IMG/VR virus record: IMGVR_UViG_3300000928_001655
Reading direction: 5' to 3' (one strand)
Source of the DNA: an uncultured virus (IMG/VR IMGVR_UViG_3300000928_001655)
Taxonomy: Duplodnaviria > Heunggongvirae > Uroviricota > Caudoviricetes
Length of the DNA stretch: 20,000 nt
Shown here one piece after another: positions 8,901 to 18,500 of the stretch. Within the stretch, counting starts at the first letter, position 1, and every line of letters begins with the position of its first letter. The notes beneath the pieces were generated by a model. It was not told the origin of the DNA and did no database searches. It saw nothing but the letters and a program-made list of their open reading frames with translations. Both the position numbers and the translations under genes were made by a program.

Positions 8901-11900
8901 AACCAGAGGGTACTTCAAGAATCAATAACTTGATCTTGGGTTACGACAAATCACTTTCATTCATCGAAATGTCAGATGGTCCTCTTCCAACAGATAAGTC
9001 ATTCATATATTCAACTGGTGGAGAGATTGGGTTTGTTAACGACTCACTCAACTTCTTTGCGAAAGCAAACAGATCTTCTGGTGACTTTACAGTTCTAGGT
9101 AACTTGATTGCAGGTGGTTTCGCAGACTCACAAGATACGAGTTTCGTTGTTAACCCTGCCGCACTTACTAACCTTAATGATTTAGAAACAGATACTGCAT
9201 GGGTTGGATACAACCTCTTCTTGACATCCACTGGTATCGTTGCAAACAATGGTATCGTTGAATTTGGTGGATCTAAACTTCGTAACGTTGGTATTCCAGT
9301 TGAAGTTCATGATGCAGTAACACTTGGGTTTATGCAAGCTGCAATCCAAGGTGGTGAAGGTACAAGTCTTTCTAACACATTTACAATTGATGTTAACGTT
9401 GATGGTTCTACACTTGAAATCGTCAATGATATTACTCGTGTTAAAGACGCAGGTATTACTAATGCGAAGATTGCAAATCCTTTCATTACAATTGCTGCTG
9501 AAACACAAGAACCTGTACCACCATCATTCATCAACGCAACTCTTACTCTTTTCGATGGTGATAATTGGCAGGTAAATGGTACGTGGCGTGACGATACATA
9601 TGCGTTCACAGAAGAACCAACAATCCAAACTTATATCGGTGATACTCTTAATCTCTCAGTGAGTGGTGCGAACACTATTTCACTTTATATTAAGACATCG
9701 GAAACTTCAGGTACTGGTGATGCAGCCTTTGGTGTAACAAACCAAGGTGCAACTGGTGGTGAAACACTTACATTTGTTCCAGATACTGTTGGTACATTCT
9801 ACTACATCGATATTAATGATATAGATCGTTCTGGTCAAATTATCGTTTCAGAACAATATACCCCACAAGAGAATATCAACCTCGGTGAGACGATTACGTT
9901 CGCCGCAGGTGAAGGTATTAACACTGTAGTAACTAACAACACGATTACAATCTCTGCAGAACTCGCAACTGAATATGCATCGAATGATAACAGAGGTGTT
10001 GCCGCATTCGTTGACGAAGACTTCGTTGTTTCGAATGGTGTTGTTGAACTCGCTACAAGTGGTGTAACTGCAAACACTTATGGTTCCTCTACTGCAATCC
10101 CAATTCTAACAGTTGATGAACATGGTCTCATCACTCTTGCAAATACTGCAAGTGTCGCAGGAGTTGACGGTGTAAGTTACGAAGGATCAAACAACACAAT
10201 CACAATCGTGACAGGTGATGGTTCTGAGTTCCACATTCAAACAGAAACTTCAGTAGAACTATCTGGTAAAGTTACAGGTACTGCAACATCTTCTAATGGT
10301 ACAGTACAAATTGCAACTGAGTTAGAAGACACTGGTGTTGTCTCTGGTTCTTACGGTTCGTCTACTGCAATTCCTATTATCACAATTGATGATGACGGTA
10401 GAATTACCGTTGCAAACACTGCCGCTGTTGCAGGTGTAGATGGTTTCTCATACGAACCTGCAAATAACACTATTACTCTTATTACTGGTGATGGTTCTCA
10501 GTTTGACTTCCAGACAACTACTGCAGTTGAATTATCTGGTAAGGTTACTGGTACTGCAACCTCTTCGAATGGTACTGTCCAAGTTTCAACAGAACTTGAA
10601 GACACAGGTGTTACTGCAGGATCTTACGGTTCATCTACTGAGATCCCAGTATTTACTGTGGACGATGATGGTCGTATTACTCTCGCAAACACAACTGCAG
10701 TTGCAGGTGTTGATGACTTCTCATATACTCCTGCAAACAACACAATCACGTTGGTTACAGGTGACGGTGGTATATCACATGTTAGAACTCAAACCACTGT
10801 AAACCTATTAGGTGATGTGACAGGTACTGCGACATCGTCGAATGGTACAGTAGAGTTTACAACTGATATTTCTACCACTGGTGTAGTCGCAGGGGTTTAC
10901 GGTACTGCGTCTCAAATTCCAGTTATCACTGTAGCTGCAGATGGTCGTATCACCACAATGTCTAACACTGCAGTCGCAGGTGTTGATGATTTCGTTTATA
11001 CTGGTGCAAACAACACACTTGCAATTTTCACTGGTGACGGATCTGTATTCCTACAGCCGATTACCTCATTCGATCAGAATGTAGACTTCGGTGCAGGAAT
11101 TGATGTAACTGGGAATATTACTGTAAGTGGGACGGTAGATAGCCGTGACATTGGTGCAGATGGTACTAAGTTAGACGGTATCGAAGCAGGTGCTACTGGT
11201 GATCAGACTGCAACAGAAATTCTTAATCTACTTCTTACAGTAGATGGAGATGGTTCAGGTCTTGATGCAGACAGTATTGATGGATACTCTGCCGCAGAAA
11301 TCCTAGAAGACGCTGCAAATAACGCACAGTCCTTGATTGGTGATGGTGAAGTATTCATCCTTGCCAACACTGGTATTGACATCATTGCACCTGTTAACAA
11401 TAGATTTAACTTAAACTCATCAAACAACTTTACATTCTCAATTGCACACAGTGACACATCTAGTGTGGTTGATGTTTCTTTGGCAAGTGGTCGTGCAATT
11501 ACTGGGTTGACATTCGATACCTTCGGTCACGTTCAATCACACGCAAATATAGATTTTGACACTCGTTATTATACTGAGACAGAACTAGATGCAGGTCAAT
11601 TAGACAATCGTTATTATACAGAGAGTGAGTTAGACGCAGGTCAACTTGATAACAGATATTATACTGAAAACGAATTAGATAACGGTGTACTTGATACACG
11701 TTACTTTAATCTAACTGGTGATACGGTCACTGGAGATGCAGTATTCAGTGCAAACGTACAGATTGATGGTTCGATCAACCGTGATCCTCGTATTACTTTG
11801 AATGGTTTTGTCAACGGTTTCACTGATCTACCAAACCTTGCAAACGGTACAATGTTCACATCCTCTGAGACTGTCATCAGTGTCGGTAATGGTTTGGACA

Positions 11901-12481
11901 TCGTTGGTGGTACGATCAATGCAAACGTTCAGATTTCTCATACCGATACATCAAGTGTATCAAATGTTTCTGGTGTTGCAGAAAAAGATGTTATTAATGA
12001 AGTAACTTTTGATACCTTCGGTCACGTAGTAAGTGCAAACACAAAAACTCTCGACTACATCTCTCAAGCGGAAGCTGATGCAAGATATGTAAACGAGACT
12101 GGTGATACAATGACTGGTGACTTAACGGTCAATGCAGACATTATTCAAGAATATCACAGAACAAAATCTATTAGATTGACAACACTGGCAGCAAATGCAG
12201 GTACTTACGCTGATCTATTCTCGTTCGCAACTGCAACTTTCGAAAGTGCAGAAGTAACAATCAGTGCCAAACATGGAACTACAACACAGATAACAAAACT
12301 TCTTATCACACATGATGGATCTACTCCAATTGCAACAGAATATGGTTTAGTAACCACTGGTGCAACAGTATCCTTGTTTGATCTTGTTATAACTAGTGGG
12401 AATGTGGTGTTTAAGGTACAACCTCAACTATCTACTAGTGATACAAAATATACAGCAACTCTGACGTTACTGGACATATAG
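5921..12481 (+). CDS. Large mosaic tail-fibre/virion appendage protein, 2186 aa
   Basis: GAGG at 5908-5911. T/G/D/N-rich composition with YadA-stalk-like DPxxxxDAxxKxYV motifs, three GxxR(Y/F)NTxDxxFEGY units, four H..TS...DxFGHV units, 91-aa tandem repeats and a C-terminal beta domain. Confidence 0.88.
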   Translation: MAIKVVIGSAPERTVTTVLEGEQKPLITPDSVTLGVDTVGPYVATLSSGNGVILFPDDANTRNIETANITIVHANTSSGVSSNNDVLQFVRNVEIDQFGHVTVFASTEFNSDQFYASNGVIFTNDITIGNTVIGNNESTLDLAGLTSLIVGELTLANNTIATGENLTFETGANGFISVATARISDLADPIFNQDAVSKSYVDNAIDGLEQGLLFVADPQGPNDATNKRYVDNLVQGLNVKPSALAATTSDLLGTFNSANNTLVLPAYGTMNIDGVTTWGIGDQVLVKDQTNPAENGSYDVIMLGNDFLPWVLKRSDYSNESAEIPGSFEFVTDGTVNGNKAFVATVVDAESYNINQDAVTWTQFFGEGNFTAGKDITLVGGREFNLNSNASFDTITSLDLETLTIVSNTVFIDSEGALILPVGSSDDRPNNIRGMVRYNTTDNQFEGYDGAAWSGLGGVIDGDQDTKIIAEDSAGADNDQLKFITGDVNRLTIDQYGILANTDINIDTTGALTLPDGTSAQRDALVTLRRGMIRYNTSDDQFEGYNGNNWQGLGGVVDVDQDTRITAEYAPGGDQDELNFYAGGNHVAQFYANKDVYFYGNMDIAGNVVIGGNIKLGDNEVDSIEVVADFTSNLLPNDNDTYMLGGTGKNWYKLFAGRIGHDSNVVIIETEGALTLPVGTTAQRPPSFEGQIRFNTDDSRFEGYDGNIWAGLAGSVIDVDQDTKITAESSPNADNDELQFFTSGDLRLTITDDGILQWPAGNNAFLTVPGGFLNVGNAIITNLQDPVNDQDAVTKFYLEQGGFASTLTLKDSANTHLVALLKDPVVTVGRGLEIQNANTTAFELAMDETGVQPGVYGNDGQVPRVRIGTDGRVDFATEVPIEIVANGIPNFTEVSMDITGLMFRDGTHTGVYVLYDDAANTINISHNTSPITNTEFEEGEMIQNLKFDDFGHVTVLESANTDGIYLRLDGAVHAANTIAAPRFADSANTDYYIEPEGTSRINNLILGYDKSLSFIEMSDGPLPTDKSFIYSTGGEIGFVNDSLNFFAKANRSSGDFTVLGNLIAGGFADSQDTSFVVNPAALTNLNDLETDTAWVGYNLFLTSTGIVANNGIVEFGGSKLRNVGIPVEVHDAVTLGFMQAAIQGGEGTSLSNTFTIDVNVDGSTLEIVNDITRVKDAGITNAKIANPFITIAAETQEPVPPSFINATLTLFDGDNWQVNGTWRDDTYAFTEEPTIQTYIGDTLNLSVSGANTISLYIKTSETSGTGDAAFGVTNQGATGGETLTFVPDTVGTFYYIDINDIDRSGQIIVSEQYTPQENINLGETITFAAGEGINTVVTNNTITISAELATEYASNDNRGVAAFVDEDFVVSNGVVELATSGVTANTYGSSTAIPILTVDEHGLITLANTASVAGVDGVSYEGSNNTITIVTGDGSEFHIQTETSVELSGKVTGTATSSNGTVQIATELEDTGVVSGSYGSSTAIPIITIDDDGRITVANTAAVAGVDGFSYEPANNTITLITGDGSQFDFQTTTAVELSGKVTGTATSSNGTVQVSTELEDTGVTAGSYGSSTEIPVFTVDDDGRITLANTTAVAGVDDFSYTPANNTITLVTGDGGISHVRTQTTVNLLGDVTGTATSSNGTVEFTTDISTTGVVAGVYGTASQIPVITVAADGRITTMSNTAVAGVDDFVYTGANNTLAIFTGDGSVFLQPITSFDQNVDFGAGIDVTGNITVSGTVDSRDIGADGTKLDGIEAGATGDQTATEILNLLLTVDGDGSGLDADSIDGYSAAEILEDAANNAQSLIGDGEVFILANTGIDIIAPVNNRFNLNSSNNFTFSIAHSDTSSVVDVSLASGRAITGLTFDTFGHVQSHANIDFDTRYYTETELDAGQLDNRYYTESELDAGQLDNRYYTENELDNGVLDTRYFNLTGDTVTGDAVFSANVQIDGSINRDPRITLNGFVNGFTDLPNLANGTMFTSSETVISVGNGLDIVGGTINANVQISHTDTSSVSNVSGVAEKDVINEVTFDTFGHVVSANTKTLDYISQAEADARYVNETGDTMTGDLTVNADIIQEYHRTKSIRLTTLAANAGTYADLFSFATATFESAEVTISAKHGTTTQITKLLITHDGSTPIATEYGLVTTGATVSLFDLVITSGNVVFKVQPQLSTSDTKYTATLTLLDI
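7166..8170 (+). repeat. Three copies of an ~80-aa unit GALxLPxG..GxxR(Y/F)NTxDxxFEGYxGxxWxGL..DxDQDTxIxAE..DxDxLxF (starts 7166, 7448, 7934)
   Basis: Aligned by eye in the translated ORF. Confidence 0.9.
10061..11045 (+). repeat. Tandem 273-nt (91-aa) coding repeat, 3 full copies plus 1 partial
   Basis: Unit starts at 10061, 10334, 10607 and 10880, exactly 273 nt apart. Consensus GVxxGxYGSSTxIPxxTVDxDGRITxANTxAVAGVDxFxYxxANNTxxxxTGDG..GxVTGTATSSNGTV. Confidence 0.95.
11564..11704 (+). repeat. Three tandem 45-nt (15-aa) repeats RYYTExELDxGxLDx
   Basis: RYYTETELDAGQLDN / RYYTESELDAGQLDN / RYYTENELDNGVLDT, followed by RY. Confidence 0.95.
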
Positions 12482-12487
12482 ATACTG

Positions 12488-12495
12488 CATAAATA
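12488..12495 (+). promoter_or_regulatory. Probable T4-type late promoter (CATAAATA, 7/8 match)
   Basis: ATAAATA core in the 59-nt intergenic gap, 45 nt upstream of ATG12541. Confidence 0.6.
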
Positions 12496-12514
12496 ATTGC
12501 GAAGAGCATTACAA

Positions 12515-12545
12515 GCCGAATTCTGGGGAGAGTGAACCGAATGGC
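12515..12545 (+). promoter_or_regulatory. Putative mRNA hairpin pairing the start codon, with the Shine-Dalgarno in the loop
   Basis: Manual pairing: GCC(12515-17) with GGC(12543-45), AUUC(12520-23) with GAAU(12539-42), GG(12525-26) with CC(12537-38). Loop is GGAGAGUGAA. Confidence 0.45.
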
Positions 12546-15500
12546 GAACGATAAAAAATTTATAGTCAAGAACGGACTCCAAACTGAGGGAGACGTATTC
12601 ATCGGTGTCGATGGAGTAGATGACGGTGTTAGTACACTTCGAGTTGATGGTGCGTCCAAATTCGAAGCAACTTTCCCATCCTACCCTACAGTTAAGATAA
12701 TTAACGACTCTGGTACTACAGACTCACCAATTGTTGAATTCGTTGGACCTTCTGGTGCATTGGATGTGAGAAACATCTCAACGAACGACTATGGTATCTT
12801 TAATAACACAAACGGTATTGAATTCCACAACGGTAACGATGGACTCGTTTTCAAACAGGCAGACTCCCCCAGACTGACTATTGAAAATGGTAACACATCT
12901 TTTACTGGTTTGTCAACAACAAATATCGAAGGTCGTCGTATTATTACCACAGACGATCAGTCAAGTCAAGGCGGTTCTTTCGATGCCGCAACACTTGATG
13001 GTTTAGACTCATTACAATTCGTACGTGCTGATCAAGACGATACTATGGACGGTAGTTACACTATTACAGGTAACTTGACTATCTTTGGTACAACCACTTC
13101 AATTAATTCAGAAGTCGTAACGATTGCAGATAATATTCTACAGTTGAATAGTAATGTTACAGGCGCACCTACAGAAAATTCTGGTATTGAGATTGTACGT
13201 GGTACATCTGACAATGTCAGTATGATTTGGAATGAAGCGGCAGACTGGTGGACAATTGGCGACTACGCACTTGAAACTGTTGAGATCAGATCTCCTGCAG
13301 ATAGTGATCTCCTATTCCGTGCCGCCACTTCAGGATCTGCAAACGTAAACATCACTGGTGGATACGGTACTTCTTTCATCGGATTGAAAGCTGCAAAAGA
13401 CGGTTCTGAAGGTTGGGGTGAAGTACTCTACAACAGTTCCACAAAACTTAAAGGTACATCAGGTGGTGTTGAAGCAACTGAAAACCTCGCAGTAAAAGGT
13501 GACATCACAGTTGGTGACAACAATGGTGCGGCATCAATCTTCTTTGATGGTCAAGGACTTAACTCTACAATCTATTCAAACCAAGGTGAAATCGGTTTCC
13601 TTAAACAGAATTTCAACTATGGTGCATATCTAAATTCAGATGAAGACTGGGTTGTTTCTGGTAATAATGAAGTATTAGGTAATATTATTTCAGAAGGTGA
13701 TATCACTGCGAAAGATGATATCTTTGCAGACGGTGATATACAATCAAATAATGATATAACTGCAGTCAATGGTGACATCGTTGCCTCTGCAGGTCAAGTC
13801 ACTGCACAAACAAATGTAACAGCAGTAACAGGTAATGTTGCAGCGACTGTAGGAAACGTAACTGCAGGGAACGATGTTTCTGCAGGTAATGACGTAACTG
13901 CTGCAAACGACATCACTGCGACTTCAGGTGATGTGACTGCAGGTCAAGACGTTATTGCAACACGTGATATTACTGCAGGTAGAAATGCGGATATTACGAA
14001 TGATTTAACCGCAAATAATGCGTACATTACAAATGATCTGACTGCAGACGACATTATCACTCAGACACTGAATGCGAACAGTGCAATCATTGGTGACATC
14101 TTTGCCAACAATATTACTGCAGATTCGGATATCCGTTCTGGTCGTTTCATTGATAACGATGATGACACTTATTACTTCGATGGTGATAAGACAACTGTTG
14201 CAAATACTATTGGTATTGATACAAAACTTTTCCATAACGGTGACACAGACACTAGTGTAGGTTTTGAGGATAATACTATTAAATTGGATACTGGTGGAAC
14301 CACACGACTTACTGTCACTAATGGTACATCTATATTTACAAACCAACTTCAAGCTTCTGGATTCTATGATCGTGAAGATACGAACTATTTTGTAGATCCT
14401 GCATCTAGTTCTATTATGAACCACATCTATATTGATGACTTCATTTATCACGCACAATCAATCAATGACTACATGGGTTTCGCACAGGCTAATGACTGGC
14501 GAGTTACAATTGGTTCGACACTCAAACTGAATGTCACTAATGCTATTACTCAATCCTTTAACAATGTCCGTGCGCCACTCTATTACGGTTCATCTGGTAC
14601 GACTTACTTCTTAAACCCGACTGCAACTGGACAGAACACATCTCTCGCTCTTGATGGTCGTGTCCAAATTGGTAATGTCACTGACACAAACCGTACGAAT
14701 GATGGTACAGGAACAGGTGGTATTACACTTGGTGCATATGGTTCACTAGGTGCAACTACAAACCCATCTATTCAAGTCTCTGGTAATAATGGTTCTGCTG
14801 CACTTGTAGAACTCAATCGTATTGATGTTGGTAACAACCCATTCAATGCGTCAAACAGATACATTCAATTCGGTGCTGATGGTTCAGACACTCAATACAT
14901 TGGTGGTGATTCGTTTGGTAACCTCGACTTTATTCCTGCAACTGACAATACTATGGTTCGGTTCTGGAATGCCAGCGCAGACAATATCTTAACTATTAAC
15001 CACAATAATAATGTTGTTATCGGTGGAGAATCACCAACCTACAATGATGGTGGTGATAACACTGCACTCACTGCAACACCAAGCAATGCAAAACTCCATA
15101 TCAATGGTTCCATCTACCTCAACGGTGCTAATGATGGTATTATCTTTGGCCGTGGCACTGCGTCATTCTTAAAGGATGAAGAACTTGCATTTGGTTGGGG
15201 TTCTGGTTGGTATATGGACAATGCAACGTTGTTGCGTGTTCGTAACAACACAACTGTCTATTCAACTGGTGAATATCAAGGTAGTAAGTTTGTATCACAA
15301 GCTGATACGAATTACTTTACTGATCCTGATGGTACATCAGTAATGAACAGAATTGACCTTGATGACTATATTAGACATAAAGGTGATACAAATACTTACT
15401 TTGGTTTCGAAGCGAATGATACATTCCGTGTATGGACGAATGGAACGCAAAGATTAAACATAGACAATAACTCTGCAGATTTTGCAATAAATGTTTATGC

Positions 15501-18500
15501 TCCTCGTTATTACGACTCAAACGATAATGGTTATTATGGTGACTTTGCAAGTACATCTATAATGAACCGTATTGACATCGATGACTTTATTCGTCACAAT
15601 GGTGATACAAATACTTACCTTGGGTTTACTGCCGCTGATACTTTCCGTATCTTCACAGGTGGTACTCAAAGAGTTAACGTAGACAATGACTCAGTAGACT
15701 TTGCAGTCTCAGACTATGGTACAACTTCATATCGTAATATTTACTATGATAGAAATGATACCGCATTCTACATTGATGGTAACTCTGAGTCAAGATTGAA
15801 TACTCTCCGTCTGAGAAGGTCAGGAGCGCCAGTTAATGACTTCAATGCCCTTTGGATTGATAACGGTACTGGTGCAACTGGTGACATTGATACACCTGAG
15901 TCTTGGGTTAACTTCCAGTTTGAAGACAGTAACGCAAACTTTAAACCACAAGTTCGTATCGGTGCGACAACTGGTTACAATGATGGATCATCTTCAGACA
16001 CGCAAGACAAAGAAGGTTCTGGTAACTTCATCGTTCAGACTGCAGAAGGTACTGGTGGCGCAGGTGCAGGTGCACTCGCAACAACATTCTATGTAAACTA
16101 TCGTGGTGACGCATACGCAAAACGATCTATGAGATCACCGATCTTCTATGATCAAGACAACGATACTTACTTTGGTAACTTCGCTGGCGAGTCCAGAATG
16201 GCAACCATCAAACTTGAAGATGGTGTTGTTCTTAGTTCTCCAAATGGAGACTATGGTTCTTTAAGAATTGATGGACAGGCACGTAACGGATGGGAAGGTT
16301 TCTCAATTGGTGATCGTGCAGTATTCATGCATGACAATGCCAACAGAACAGGTATCTTCAACGATGTAGATAACCATTGGTTCATGTATGCAGACAGACA
16401 AAGTTCACTGCGTCTGATGTACAACAACGTAGAACAAGCACGTACAGAAAACGGTTACTTCCTTGCACCTAACCAAATGCGTTCACCAATCTATTATGAC
16501 TCAAATAATACTGCATACTACTTAGATCCAGCTTCTACATCTATTACAAACATAATGAGAGCCAACCGTTATCAGGTTGATGGATCTACTTTCTACATTG
16601 ATACTGCGTCTGGTGATTATGGTTCAATCAGAGTTGAAGGTGCTAAAAACGGTTGGGCGGGTTATGCAATCCGTGACGACTATGTCTTCATGTCAAATGG
16701 TACTAACGAAGTTGGTATCTACAATGACACTGACAACGAATGGATGTTGAAAGGTTATAGAAACAACCGTCTGGAACTACACTATAATGGTGGTATCCAA
16801 GCATCAACGCAAAACGGTTACTTTGACATGCTTAACCAGGCACGTTCTCCTATCTTCTATGATAGAGACAATACTGGTTTCTATGTTGATCCAAATAGTC
16901 ACTCACGTATTAATTCTATATCAGTTGGTAACCAAGGTGCGATTGCAAACAACACTTATGCAATGTCCTTGTATCACAACAACAGATATATGTTGGGTAT
17001 GCGTAACAGTGGTGCGAACTCTGATTATCCTTGGTTAGTACATGATAACTGGAATGGTTATGATGGCACAAATAGATCATCGTTCATCATTCACTTTAAT
17101 GGTGTTGCAGATAGATTCCACTTCGATAGTCAAGGTAACTTCAAGGCAGCTAAATCTGTAACTGCACCAGAGATCAACCTCAACGGTGGTAATGGTAATC
17201 TTAACCTATCGCCTGCGTATGGTTCTGGTATGGCAGATACCAAAATGTTTGACGGTACACCATACTTCGATAAACGAGTTATAACTGCACTCGCACCAAA
17301 TGAAAATACTTTAACAACCAACACAGCAGAATTTGTTCGTGCGACAACTGGACCATTTGCAGGTTCATATGTTCTACGAACTGCTGCTTATCGTGACTTC
17401 TATTCTGACTACATGCCTGTTGAGCCTGGTGAAGAACTCTATGGTGAAATGGCTGTTCGTCGTGTTTCTGGTTCTGGTGGTGTTCTTTACTATGGTATCG
17501 AACGTTATGACCAGAATATGACTGCTATTGCAGGTAACGCAGGTACAACTTACTTCGTATCTAGTGCAGCGAATGATACATCTACTAGTTGGGTAACCAA
17601 ACGTGGATACACTACAATTCCATCGAACTGTCATTTTGTTCGTATTCGTGTATTGATGAACTACAACACTGGTGGTGCACTGAGAGAATTTGCAGGTATC
17701 ATACTGAAACGTTCTAATTATCATGGACGTTTACGTGGTGATGATATCATCGTAAATGGTGATATTACTGCAAATGTATTCTACGATGCAGACAATACTT
17801 CTTACAAGGTAGATCCGACAGGTACTTCTGTCATGACTCGTATCGATGCAGATATTCTGTACGATAGAAACAACACAAACTATTATGTAAATCCAGCTTC
17901 GACATCACGTCTTGCGAACATTGACATTGCACCAACTTTGTCAAACGGTAATGCACGTATTCGTTCTATTATGCCAGCAGGTTACCCTGCACTTGAATTT
18001 AGTGACAGTGCGCCAGGCAACTCTTCTGGTGATCAACACTTTGTTTGGGGTGCAAATGATACTGGTCAAGGACGTATGGAACTTCGTTGGAGAGGTGGTA
18101 CTGCGTTTGGTGGGAACTGGTACAGTGAAGGTACAGTTCTTGCCAGCTTTATTGGTGACAATAGTGCAGTTGAATTCCCACAAGCTGCAGGTGTTCGTTC
18201 ACCGATTTACTACGACTACAACAACACAGCTTACTATGGTGATTTTGCGTCAACTTCACGTTTCAATAGACTGAGACTAAGTGCAAGTGATTCGTATCTG
18301 AAAGTTGGGTCTAACTCTAATCCAGTTACAACATTGGATACTAACAGACCACAGATCGAAATTGGTAACCAACATGCGTATCCACATTTCACTCTGAACT
18401 CTTGGGGTACAAACACCAATCACGGTGCGGTAATTTCTTTCCGTTCAAGAAAAGATTCTTCTAACAATCGTCGTAGATGGAACATTGGTACTGCGAACTA

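Noticed and set aside
12479..12543. Stop-codon readthrough fusing genes 5 and 6, or a TAG-recoded genetic code
   Set aside because: The genes are in different frames, an in-frame TAA follows the TAG after four codons, and TAG ends genes at sensible boundaries.
15343..15780. Diversity-generating retroelement TR/VR pair
   Set aside because: Differences between the duplicated units are not confined to adenines, both copies are in-frame coding, and no reverse transcriptase is in the window.
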